Shown here one piece after another: positions 55,980-64,000 of a stretch of 64,000 bases of DNA (position 1 is its first letter; every line of letters starts with the position of its first letter). The position numbers and the translations under genes were made by a program. A model generated the notes under the pieces. That model saw only the letters and a list, made by a program, of their open reading frames with translations, ran no database searches and was not told where the DNA came from. Source of the DNA: an uncultured Enterobacteriaceae bacterium (GTDB taxonomy: Bacteria > Myxococcota_A > UBA9042); the NCBI GenBank assembly GCA_964560875.1, contig CAZLMW010000025.1, positions 812-64,811 on the forward strand, written 5' to 3'.

Positions 55980-58754
55980 TCACCGAGCGGCGATTTTGCG
56001 CGCGCACCGTCCGTTGGTATCGCCGAGAACCGCACATCTTTTGAGCAGCATCTTCGCGACGCTGGGGCGTCCGTCGGCGAATTGCAGCAACGCTCGGGCG
56101 TACAGCGCGCGGGGATCGTCGGGTCGTTTGGCGGCGACGTGTTCGGCGACTTTCTGGGCTTGCTGGTAGTGGCGTTCGCGAACGAGGGTGAAGAGCAGAT
56201 CGACGGCGAAGGGGTCTCCCGCGGTGGCGAGCAGGTGCGGCACGAGACTGCGGCGAAATCGAGGTGGCGCGCCGCGAAAACGGGTGTGCAGCTTGTAGAT
56301 GGCACGCAATTGGGACGTTTTCACCGGGCGGATGGCGTGTAGGTGTTCGATCAGCAGGCCTGTCCCGGCGGGCGGCCACTGGCGGGCGTCGGAGCGGTTG
56401 ATTGCGGTCGCCTGGTGGCCGGCAAAGAGCGCGCGCGGTGCCTTGAATTCGAGCACGGGATGGCGGTCGGTCAGCGGGGGCGAAGCCTTGGGGATGACTG
56501 CCGCGGCGGTTGTCGCGGGGATCGCTTCGAGGCTTAGCAAGGCGGCCAGGTCTGGGACATCAACACGGGCAAGATCGGCGGCGATCGGCGCGGAGAAGCG
56601 GCCGTCAACGCGGCGGAAAAGGCGCGCGGAATCCGCGATGCCGTCGACGTTCCTCGCGATCGACAGGACGTCGCCCTGGTGGAGCACGAAGATGCGCAGA
56701 TCGTCGAATACGCTGTGGGCTGTTCCGATCACCGACAAGAGCAGCTCGTCGGTCATCTCGTAGGCGTGAAACCACTGCGCCAAGACGCCGCCGGGCGTGA
56801 GTCGGGACCTTGCGAGCTCAAAGAACTCCTCCGTGAAAAGCGCCGCGTTGCCGGCGACCCACGGGTTGGACGGCTCGCTGATGATGACGTCGTAGCGGTC
56901 GGTCCGTCGGCTCAGCCAGGCGCGGGCGTCATCGATGTGCAGGTGGATGTTGGGATCGTCGAGCGCCTCGCGATTGGCGCTGCCGAAGAAACGCGCGGCG
57001 TCGGCGACGGCACGGCTGATCTCCACGACGTCGACCCGGGCCCCGTGCAGGGCCGCTGAGCCTGCTGTCACGCCGCTGCCCAGGCCGATGACGAGCACCC
57101 GCTTGCGGTTGCTGGCGAGGAGCAGCGGGACGTGGGCGCTCGCGACCTGGGTGAGCATATCGCCGTGGGTGCTGGCGTCGGGTTTGCCGTTCACTTTGAG
57201 GGTCAGGCCGCCGTCGCGCGCGGTGACGATGGCGGTTGCGTCGGGTCCATCGGCCGCGAATCGGAGCTCATCGCGTTTAAGGGATCGCTCAAACCGCTGC
57301 CACGACGGCACCGTGTCTTTGCGCCATCGAAACGCGGTCGCGGACAGGACGCGATGATCCCACGTCGGCGGCGCGATGAACGCGACAAGCAGCACGGCGG
57401 CTACGATCCCGATGACCGGCCTGGGGATGAGCTGGGCGGAGCCGCCTGTCGAACGCGCGTCGATCGCAGCTGCAATGGCCGCTACGCCAAGAAGCACGCC
57501 GGATGCTGTGAACGCCCCGTCCAGGCCAACGTGCGGGAGCAACACTGTGCCGCCGAGCGCGGCGCCAAGACTCGCGCCGACCGTGTTGAAAGCGAGCGTC
57601 TTTGCGGCCGCCGAGGCGTTTGGTTGTCCGTCGTCGACGAGTTTGGCGATCGCGAGCGGCAAAAAAGCGGCGGCGCCGGCAACCGGCACAAACAGCGCCA
57701 TGATGACGAGCCCGAGCTTGGCGGCTTCGAAGAGCATCCAGTCGCCAAAGCTGTCGCCGAGCGACGTCCTCATGTGGGCAAGGATCCACGGGGCCCGCTC
57801 GCCGAAGTGGGCGATCACAAGCAGCGCGAGACCGGCGCCGGCCGACGCGACAACGGGATCCCACTGCGTGCTGGTGGACTCGATGCGGGAACGCGCGCGC
57901 TCCGAACCCACGACGATGGCCAGGATGAAGGCAGCCACGACCGCCGAAAACGAATACGTCGACGAACCCATGACCACGCCGAACAGGCGGAGCGAGGCGG
58001 TCTGAATGGTCATGGATGCGGCGCCGACAATGGCGACGGCGAGGAGCAGTCCAAAGCGCGGTCTGGCCGTTGACGTGTTCGTGTCACCCGGAGTTCGTTC
58101 CGGCGCGATCAGCTGCGACGGCCGTGGATCAGCCGAACCCGATCGAAGCCACGCGGCGACCGCCACGATCGCGTTGAGTGTCCAGGCGGCAGCTGCTGTC
58201 GCGTCGAGCCCCAACCAACCGAGCAGCACGTAGCCTGAGGCCAGGCAGCCCAGCACGGCACCGCAGCTGTTCGCGGCGTACAACCGGGCCACGGAAGCGC
58301 TGTCGTCGTCGCGACCAATCGCCCGAACGAGCGCGGGGAGGGTGCCGCCCATCAGGATCGTCGCGGGCAACAGCACGAGGCCGGCAAGCACGCCTCGCGC
58401 GGCCATTGACGCGCTCGAATCGGCGGGCACGACAGCGTTCACAAGCTCGCCGACATGGGGGAGGACGAAGCGCGTCGCGACCGCCAAGACAACAATGCCG
58501 GCCTCGAGCCATGCGTACATGCGCAGCGGACAATCGGAAGCGGCGGCGCGGCGGCCCAGACAGACGTAGCCGACGCCCTGTCCGGCCATGAACGTGGTCA
58601 AGACGGCGGCGTGGGACAGCGACGTGTTGCCGAGATAGAGGATGAGTTCGCGCGCCCACGTGACCTCGTAGACGAGGCTGCAGGCGCCGGTGGCGACGAG
58701 AAAAGCAGCAAGCTCGCCGCGGCGCCGCGATCGTGGGACCGACGGACGGGTCAC
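55980..58754 (-). CDS. Fused membrane (MFS-like) / spermidine synthase-like SAM-dependent transferase
   Basis: About 13 TM helices (LVYEVTW.R, LYAANS.GAVLG), then VNGKPDAS, VLVIGLGSGVT, VEIS..V, DDAR and YDVIISEPSNPW. Confidence 0.9.
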   Translation of the reverse strand: MTRPSVPRSRRRGELAAFLVATGACSLVYEVTWARELILYLGNTSLSHAAVLTTFMAGQGVGYVCLGRRAAASDCPLRMYAWLEAGIVVLAVATRFVLPHVGELVNAVVPADSSASMAARGVLAGLVLLPATILMGGTLPALVRAIGRDDDSASVARLYAANSCGAVLGCLASGYVLLGWLGLDATAAAAWTLNAIVAVAAWLRSGSADPRPSQLIAPERTPGDTNTSTARPRFGLLLAVAIVGAASMTIQTASLRLFGVVMGSSTYSFSAVVAAFILAIVVGSERARSRIESTSTQWDPVVASAGAGLALLVIAHFGERAPWILAHMRTSLGDSFGDWMLFEAAKLGLVIMALFVPVAGAAAFLPLAIAKLVDDGQPNASAAAKTLAFNTVGASLGAALGGTVLLPHVGLDGAFTASGVLLGVAAIAAAIDARSTGGSAQLIPRPVIGIVAAVLLVAFIAPPTWDHRVLSATAFRWRKDTVPSWQRFERSLKRDELRFAADGPDATAIVTARDGGLTLKVNGKPDASTHGDMLTQVASAHVPLLLASNRKRVLVIGLGSGVTAGSAALHGARVDVVEISRAVADAARFFGSANREALDDPNIHLHIDDARAWLSRRTDRYDVIISEPSNPWVAGNAALFTEEFFELARSRLTPGGVLAQWFHAYEMTDELLLSVIGTAHSVFDDLRIFVLHQGDVLSIARNVDGIADSARLFRRVDGRFSAPIAADLARVDVPDLAALLSLEAIPATTAAAVIPKASPPLTDRHPVLEFKAPRALFAGHQATAINRSDARQWPPAGTGLLIEHLHAIRPVKTSQLRAIYKLHTRFRGAPPRFRRSLVPHLLATAGDPFAVDLLFTLVRERHYQQAQKVAEHVAAKRPDDPRALYARALLQFADGRPSVAKMLLKRCAVLGDTNGRCARKIAAR

Positions 58755-58763
58755 TGGCGGGTT

Positions 58764-61151
58764 CTACCGGCGGCGACTGGCTTTGCTTTTGCGCCCAGCA
58801 CCGGCTGCCGCTGCAATGCGCAGATCGAGCGCCGGAATCGCAGAGCCGGTGTAGAGCATCCGGTAGCGAATCCAGGACGTGACAACGCTCTTGACGTAGC
58901 GGCGGTTTTCGCGAAACGGAATGCGCTCAACGAACTCATCGAGCGCCGCGCGACGCCATCGTTTCAGCCACTTCTTGGTGTTGTGTGGACCGGCGTTGTA
59001 GCCCGACGCGATGAGCGGGTACTGACCGCCGGTGATGTCGAGCAGCCGTCGCATGTACGCGGTGCCGAGGCGGATGTTCAGCGCGGGTTGGGTGAGCGAA
59101 GCGCGCGTGATGGGGCCCTTGTGTCCGATTCGGCGCGCGACGGCCTTGCCGGTTCCCGGCATCAACTGCAGCAGGCCAGTGGCGAGCACAGGGCTGGTCG
59201 CGCGGGGGTTGAAGCGTGACTCCGACCGCATGATGGCCCAGATGAATGCCTCGTCCACGCGGTACCTCTTTGCCTCGCGCGTCACAGCGTCGCGGAATCC
59301 GCCGGGGCGGGGGTACGCGAGCTCCCAACGCTGCCGATTGCCGTCGACCGCAGGCCGCCGATCGAAAGAGTGATCGCGGCTGGCGATGGCGGTTGCCCGG
59401 GTGTGTTCGCCGACCGCGCCGTGGAGCATCGCGCGAAACATCTGCTGGTCCGGCTTGCGCTTGTCCCATTTTACAGCCGCCATCTCGGCGGCGGCGGAAG
59501 TAGCCATGCCAAGTCGAAGCAGCTCGATGCCCGCGAGCAGGTGGTCGTTGTCGAGCAGCTGCCGATTGGCCGCGAGCAGATCCGGGCTGCCCGCCCCGCT
59601 GCCGGTTTTCGGCGTGTGCTTGATACCGAGGTCGCCGAGCCGTCGCTGCGCCAGCATCCCGTACCAGGTCCATGGCGTCTGGTTGTTCACCGACTTGTAG
59701 CTCGCGATCGCGGCTTTGCGCTTGCCCGACCGCTGTTCACAGACGCCCTGCCAGTAACGAATCCGTCCGACGTTGTAGATCTTGGATTCGCCGCGCGTGG
59801 CAGCTGTGGCGCGTTTGGCCGTTGAAATGCAGCGCTTCCACATCCGCGCCTGGACGTCCCGCCACAGCAGGTCCCAGCCGGCGTACTCGACCATATCGCC
59901 GCCCAGCGTCAGGATCTTGGCAAGCATCTTGTCCGCGGCGGCCTGGCGGCCCATGGAGCGGAGAATTCGCGCCCGGTAACGCATGGTGTCATCGACCAAC
60001 GTGGATTGCGGGGCGACCGCCGCGACTTCAGCGAACAGCTCGATCGCGCGGCGCCCGGAGGCCGAATTCATCTGACGTTTCGCCGCCCGATAGCGGAGTT
60101 TGGCGGACCACGCGGTCTTTGGACACGTCTTGGCAAGACGGTCATAGAGCGCAGCGGCTTCCTTTCGGCGCGGCCACCACGTCTCGAGCGCTCGGGCCTT
60201 CACGACTCCAGCGTCGCACCACGTGCGGGACGCCTTCTTCGCGGCTTTCATCGCCTCGTCGGCGGTTGCGATGGCGAGCTTGCGCTTGTGTCGTTTGCGG
60301 GCGTTGCTTGCGCGCTGCAGCAGCTCTTTGGCCGACAAGCGTGCGTGTTCCCCGGGCAAGTCCTCGAGACGCTTTTCAGCCTGCTTGGCTGCGCTGGTGC
60401 CCGGGTGCTGGACCGAAATCGCGCGCAACCAGCGCGCTTCCTGTTTGGGTTTTCCCGCACCCGCCGCGGCCTCAGCGGTTTCGAGCAGCAACGACGCGGT
60501 CGCCCTGCCCGAACCGGCCGCTGTCGTGTAGGCCTTGAGAGCCTTGGCATGGTCGCCCTTCTGACGCCATGCGCGCCCGCGGACCTCGGTCGCCCGCCGT
60601 TTTCGCGCGTAGCCGTTTGAAATGCGGTCGAGGGCCTTCAGGGCGCGGTCGGGATCGCCCGCTGCGAGCCACGTCTCGGCTGCTCGAAGTGAGAGGTGGT
60701 CGCCCAGGAGCGGCGCGTTCTTGGCGAGCGCGTCGTAACCGCGTGCCGCGGCGCGAGGATGGCCGGCGTGTTCCTGGCACAGGTGCATCAGGATCGCAGC
60801 TTGTCGTCTTTGCGGGTGCCTGGCCTGGTCGGCGAGAAGCTTCGCGAAACCGGCTGCGCATCCGGCCCAGTCGCGCTTGTCGAACGCTTTGCGAGGCGCC
60901 GTTGCAGCGAGGTACGGCCGCATCTTGGCCGCCGCGTCACCCTCGCTCAGCAGCGTCTTCTTGACCGCCGCTTTGCTCGCTCCATCGGGGACTTCAGGCA
61001 GCGGCACATCGGCATTCACCGCCTTCGCGGGTATCGAAGGCGCGCCCGGGGTTGCCGGTCCTGCTGCTTGTTTGGCCACGGACTTGCCACAGGCCATCGA
61101 CGCCACCGAGGCGGCGATCACAAATACGCCGATCGCTCTCATGTTCCACAT
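58764..61151 (-). CDS. slt: Slt70-like soluble lytic transglycosylase with TPR/alpha-superhelical N-terminus (probable lipoprotein)
   Basis: Lipobox SMAC (alternative start 61142). AIMRSESRFNP.A.S...A.GLLQLMP.T, ASGYNAGP and ERIPFRENRRYVK. Confidence 0.92.
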   Translation of the reverse strand: MWNMRAIGVFVIAASVASMACGKSVAKQAAGPATPGAPSIPAKAVNADVPLPEVPDGASKAAVKKTLLSEGDAAAKMRPYLAATAPRKAFDKRDWAGCAAGFAKLLADQARHPQRRQAAILMHLCQEHAGHPRAAARGYDALAKNAPLLGDHLSLRAAETWLAAGDPDRALKALDRISNGYARKRRATEVRGRAWRQKGDHAKALKAYTTAAGSGRATASLLLETAEAAAGAGKPKQEARWLRAISVQHPGTSAAKQAEKRLEDLPGEHARLSAKELLQRASNARKRHKRKLAIATADEAMKAAKKASRTWCDAGVVKARALETWWPRRKEAAALYDRLAKTCPKTAWSAKLRYRAAKRQMNSASGRRAIELFAEVAAVAPQSTLVDDTMRYRARILRSMGRQAAADKMLAKILTLGGDMVEYAGWDLLWRDVQARMWKRCISTAKRATAATRGESKIYNVGRIRYWQGVCEQRSGKRKAAIASYKSVNNQTPWTWYGMLAQRRLGDLGIKHTPKTGSGAGSPDLLAANRQLLDNDHLLAGIELLRLGMATSAAAEMAAVKWDKRKPDQQMFRAMLHGAVGEHTRATAIASRDHSFDRRPAVDGNRQRWELAYPRPGGFRDAVTREAKRYRVDEAFIWAIMRSESRFNPRATSPVLATGLLQLMPGTGKAVARRIGHKGPITRASLTQPALNIRLGTAYMRRLLDITGGQYPLIASGYNAGPHNTKKWLKRWRRAALDEFVERIPFRENRRYVKSVVTSWIRYRMLYTGSAIPALDLRIAAAAGAGRKSKASRRR

Positions 61152-61248
61152 CCGCGCCGAATGTCGCACAGAACCGGCGATGCGCAAGTCGATCCGCGTT
61201 CATCGGCTCGACACGTCGGTGCTACCCGCCAAATCGGGGCCAGGGGCG

Positions 61249-62319
61249 CTACGACTCGTCTTTTCGGCCGGTGACGCCGACCACCATGTCCGATTTGCGC
61301 CGCTCGCCGATCCCCGAGCTTCGCCGACGCCCATACGAAGACGTGGATCGAACACCTGTAATCGATGAAGTGCGGCGCCCTGTGAGGTCGGAATCGCGCC
61401 GACCCATCGTCTCGGAAACCCGCCGCGCCGCGCCAACATCCGAGGTGCGCCGGACCCCGCCGACGTCCGATGGTCGGCGATTGACAGTCAGGGCCGACGT
61501 CCGCCGCATCGATGCGCGACTGCCCGGCGCCTGGTCCTTGACGACATCGAGCCGTCCGACGATGTCGATCGCGAGAGGGTGGCTCATCATCGCGGCGCCG
61601 CGTGCCTTGGCTTCGTCCATGCCCGATACGACCTGCGCGACCGCGAACGTATGGATGTCGACCACATCGCCAGGCGTGCCACCCAGCCGCTGAATCGTGG
61701 TCGCGATGTGGCGCAGCGGCGCGCGTGATTGGCGTTTTCCTTCGCGTCGGTTGCGGACCCATTCCACAAGCACCTGGGCGTAGGCATCGACGGTTTCCTT
61801 GAACTTGTCCGGTCGCGATTGGCGCAGCAGCGGGTTCCAGCCCTTTGTCGCCGTGAGCCACCCGTTGACGATGTGTGTGCTGACCAGTTCGTAGGCCGTT
61901 GCCCGTCGTTCCGCGAGCCTCGCATCGTTCATCCGGTGCTGCCCGATCACCGAGCTGACCAAGAGGCGCGCCGACACGGCATTCAGTCGCTTTTCGTGCA
62001 TGACATCGGACGCACCGGCCTGGAGGCAGAGGGCCTCGAAGCCGTCCGCCTCGCCACCGTAGACAACGGCCGTCGGCAGATCCGGGCGCGCCGAAAGGAA
62101 CTGGCGCAACGCCTGTTCGATGGCCGGGTCGGGTTCGGTGAGATGCAGCAGCAACAGGTCGCCGCGGTTGGCGCGGATATAGTCCAGCGCCCCCGCATAC
62201 GTCTCGACCCAGCCGATCTCGTATTCGTTGCGTCGGTCGCGATCGAAAAGCCGCGTGTACATGGACCGCTCGAGCTGACTGGCCGCGCGGATCGTGAGTC
62301 TCCAGGTGTTGATTGCCAT
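61249..62319 (-). CDS. Pseudo-receiver domain + KaiA-C/RsbU-N-like helical domain + RRxS-repeat tail
   Basis: Receiver fold lacking the acidic pair (RAAS), the phospho-Asp (DLLLLHL), the Thr and the Lys. Then GDVVDIH and LAIDIVGRL, and about 8 RRxS motifs in the last 90 aa. Confidence 0.75.
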   Translation of the reverse strand: MAINTWRLTIRAASQLERSMYTRLFDRDRRNEYEIGWVETYAGALDYIRANRGDLLLLHLTEPDPAIEQALRQFLSARPDLPTAVVYGGEADGFEALCLQAGASDVMHEKRLNAVSARLLVSSVIGQHRMNDARLAERRATAYELVSTHIVNGWLTATKGWNPLLRQSRPDKFKETVDAYAQVLVEWVRNRREGKRQSRAPLRHIATTIQRLGGTPGDVVDIHTFAVAQVVSGMDEAKARGAAMMSHPLAIDIVGRLDVVKDQAPGSRASMRRTSALTVNRRPSDVGGVRRTSDVGAARRVSETMGRRDSDLTGRRTSSITGVRSTSSYGRRRSSGIGERRKSDMVVGVTGRKDES

Positions 62320-62424
62320 CGATTTCCATCGGTGAGTTCGAGAGGGGCCAATGAGGCGTGTAAGCATAGCGCTGACAACAGCGAGCGTCATGTTCTAACG
62401 CCTTGGTTGCCGCTTTGCTAGCTA

Positions 62425-64000
62425 TCAGTGCTGCTGTTTGCGCTCGGTCACGCCGTTTTTGCGGCGCTGTCGCTCCTCTTTTTGGTCGTATCGAAGCCAC
62501 TTGAGGCGCAACAACTGCGCATCCGTGCCTGTTCCACCCGTGTAGCGATCTGCCGGGTACAGCCGATGCCCGGCCCAGATCGCATCAAGCCATGCGTACC
62601 AGCGCTCGAGTTGGCAGGCATCCAGCGGAAACGACCCATCGGAAAGCAACCGCGCTTTGTCTTCGCAGAGCTGGGGGAGCGTGCCCAGCGGGATCGTGCG
62701 GCGGCTCTTGGCTGACTGAACGTACGCGCTGCGTCGCCCGGTTCGACCGACCAGGAATGCAAAGCGGCGCCGATCTCCAAACACCGAGTAGCCGAGAAAG
62801 GAGTTGTCGAGCTTGGCGGTGTCCAAGCCCAACAGGTGCAGCATCGTGGGCGCGAGGTCGAGCTGGCTGCTCAAGACATCGACGGTCGCCGGCAGAGCGT
62901 GCAGCGGGTCGTGGATCAGCAAGGGCATTTGCGCAAACGCGCCGAAAAGCGCGTCGTTGCCGATGAGACGTTGGATCTTGCGTGTCGGCAGCTGGGCGTG
63001 GTCGCCGGTGATAACGACCAGCGTGCTGTCCCAAAGCCCCTTGGCCCGCAGCCCCGCGAGGATGCGGTCAACCGCCAGGTCGGTGCAGTAGAACCCGGAA
63101 AGCACACGTTCTCCGGCGATTTCAGCCGGCGGCTCACACGCAGGGTCCACGAAGCCCGGAAGGTGGCTGTCCACCGTCAACAGCGCGTAAAACCAGGGTT
63201 TTTGAACGTCTCTGAGACGGTCGAACTCGGTGAGCATGAAGTCGGCGAGGGTCCGGTCGAAGTAGCCCCAACTGTTGGTCGGCCGGTTCGGGAACAGGTG
63301 CTTGAGGTCTTCGCGCCCTGTCACGGCGTCAAATCCGTGGCCGCGCAAGATCGCCTCGGCCCCCATGTAGACCTTGCTCGCGCCACGAGCGAAATACGTT
63401 GCATAGCCGGCGTCTCGCAGCACATCGGCGATGCAACGGTAGGCGGCGCCACCATCGACAGTCCCGCCGACGTCGATATCCTGGACAGCGGCCGCGGGCA
63501 CGGTTGAACACATGCTTGCGATCAGGCCGTTGGCGGTCGGGGACGCGATGTTGTGAAAGCCTCGCACGTGCGTCATCGACTCTGCGCTGCGTTCGAGCCG
63601 CGGCATGACCCCGGCGTTTTTGCTGGCCGCGTGCAGGCCGGTGAACCCGACGTTGAGGGATTCGACGTGGATCAGCAGCACGTTGGGCGGTCGCTTCCCG
63701 GTATTCCTCCCGGCGGCCTCGGCGATCGGCGCAAGATTCGCCACCGTTGCTGTTGCGCGCCGTGGCAGGGCATCAACCGCACCGAATCCCGTTCGGCGGA
63801 CTGGCCATGGTCCGTTTGGTTTGGCGTTGGGCGCGATGATCCCGGCTCGGCGCATGACGGCCACGTCTTCCTCGGACAGCTTGGGAATGGTGACTGAGGC
63901 CGGGTCCGCGGGTTTGCCGTCGTCGGCAAGACTGCCGGCAAGTGTGTACAGCGCGTTGATTTCCGGGACGATGGCCCAGTGATGCGGGTGTTGAGGCTGG
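62425..64000 (-). CDS. LTA-synthase/alkaline-phosphatase-superfamily sulfatase-like transferase (5' end off the window)
   Basis: PNVLLIHVES, SPTANG (Thr nucleophile), DSHLPG, TGDH and SQLDLAPT. The frame stays open from 63864 to the window edge. Confidence 0.88.
   Translation of the reverse strand, partial: QPQHPHHWAIVPEINALYTLAGSLADDGKPADPASVTIPKLSEEDVAVMRRAGIIAPNAKPNGPWPVRRTGFGAVDALPRRATATVANLAPIAEAAGRNTGKRPPNVLLIHVESLNVGFTGLHAASKNAGVMPRLERSAESMTHVRGFHNIASPTANGLIASMCSTVPAAAVQDIDVGGTVDGGAAYRCIADVLRDAGYATYFARGASKVYMGAEAILRGHGFDAVTGREDLKHLFPNRPTNSWGYFDRTLADFMLTEFDRLRDVQKPWFYALLTVDSHLPGFVDPACEPPAEIAGERVLSGFYCTDLAVDRILAGLRAKGLWDSTLVVITGDHAQLPTRKIQRLIGNDALFGAFAQMPLLIHDPLHALPATVDVLSSQLDLAPTMLHLLGLDTAKLDNSFLGYSVFGDRRRFAFLVGRTGRRSAYVQSAKSRRTIPLGTLPQLCEDKARLLSDGSFPLDACQLERWYAWLDAIWAGHRLYPADRYTGGTGTDAQLLRLKWLRYDQKEERQRRKNGVTERKQQH

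Noticed and set aside
61249-62319. Claim of a bona fide circadian kaiA gene
   Set aside because: No kaiB or kaiC is in the window, the similarity is limited to two short motifs, and the residues after the conserved His differ from KaiA.
233-63982. Numerous long overlapping or antisense ORFs in the track (e.g. 1164..2642, 22182..23258, 52418..53914, 55047..56342)
   Set aside because: They are Arg/Ala/Pro-rich shadow frames typical of high-GC DNA, lying opposite genes with clear family motifs.
1-64000. tRNA, rRNA, transposase, integrase or prophage genes
   Set aside because: I recognised no T-loop/anticodon-arm patterns outside CDSs, no rRNA-like stretch, and no DDE, tyrosine/serine recombinase or phage structural motifs by eye.

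Overview
High-GC (about 66-67% by eye) bacterial window, most likely Myxococcota/deltaproteobacterial. That taxonomy is an inference from a MYXO-CTERM-like tail, a myxobacterial-type ECF sigma/anti-sigma module, giant Cys-rich surface proteins and a kinase-STAND-TPR fusion. It holds about 45 densely packed CDSs. I found no rRNA, tRNA, CRISPR array, transposase or integrase. Housekeeping genes include holA, udk, pcp, an slt-like transglycosylase, an ampG-like permease and yhhQ. The most notable items are: (1) a Pls/PosA-type membrane-bound single-module NRPS whose A-domain code (DAESIGTVIK) is lysine-like, followed by a probable outer-membrane barrel and a secreted papain-fold peptidase, a candidate cationic isopeptide-polymer synthesis, export and trimming system in a diderm; (2) a pseudo-receiver protein with a KaiA-C/RsbU-N-like helical domain and a tail of about 8 RRxS motifs; (3) a UbiU/UbiV-like U32 Fe-S pair without ubiT; (4) a pseudokinase-STAND ATPase-TPR protein; (5) a DprE1/DprE2-like pair; (6) a 15-bp in-frame VNTR inside a signal peptide; and (7) a 183-bp inverted-repeat-bounded structured intergenic element. 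All family assignments come from motif recognition by eye, not database searches. Several start codons were re-chosen from the ORF track.
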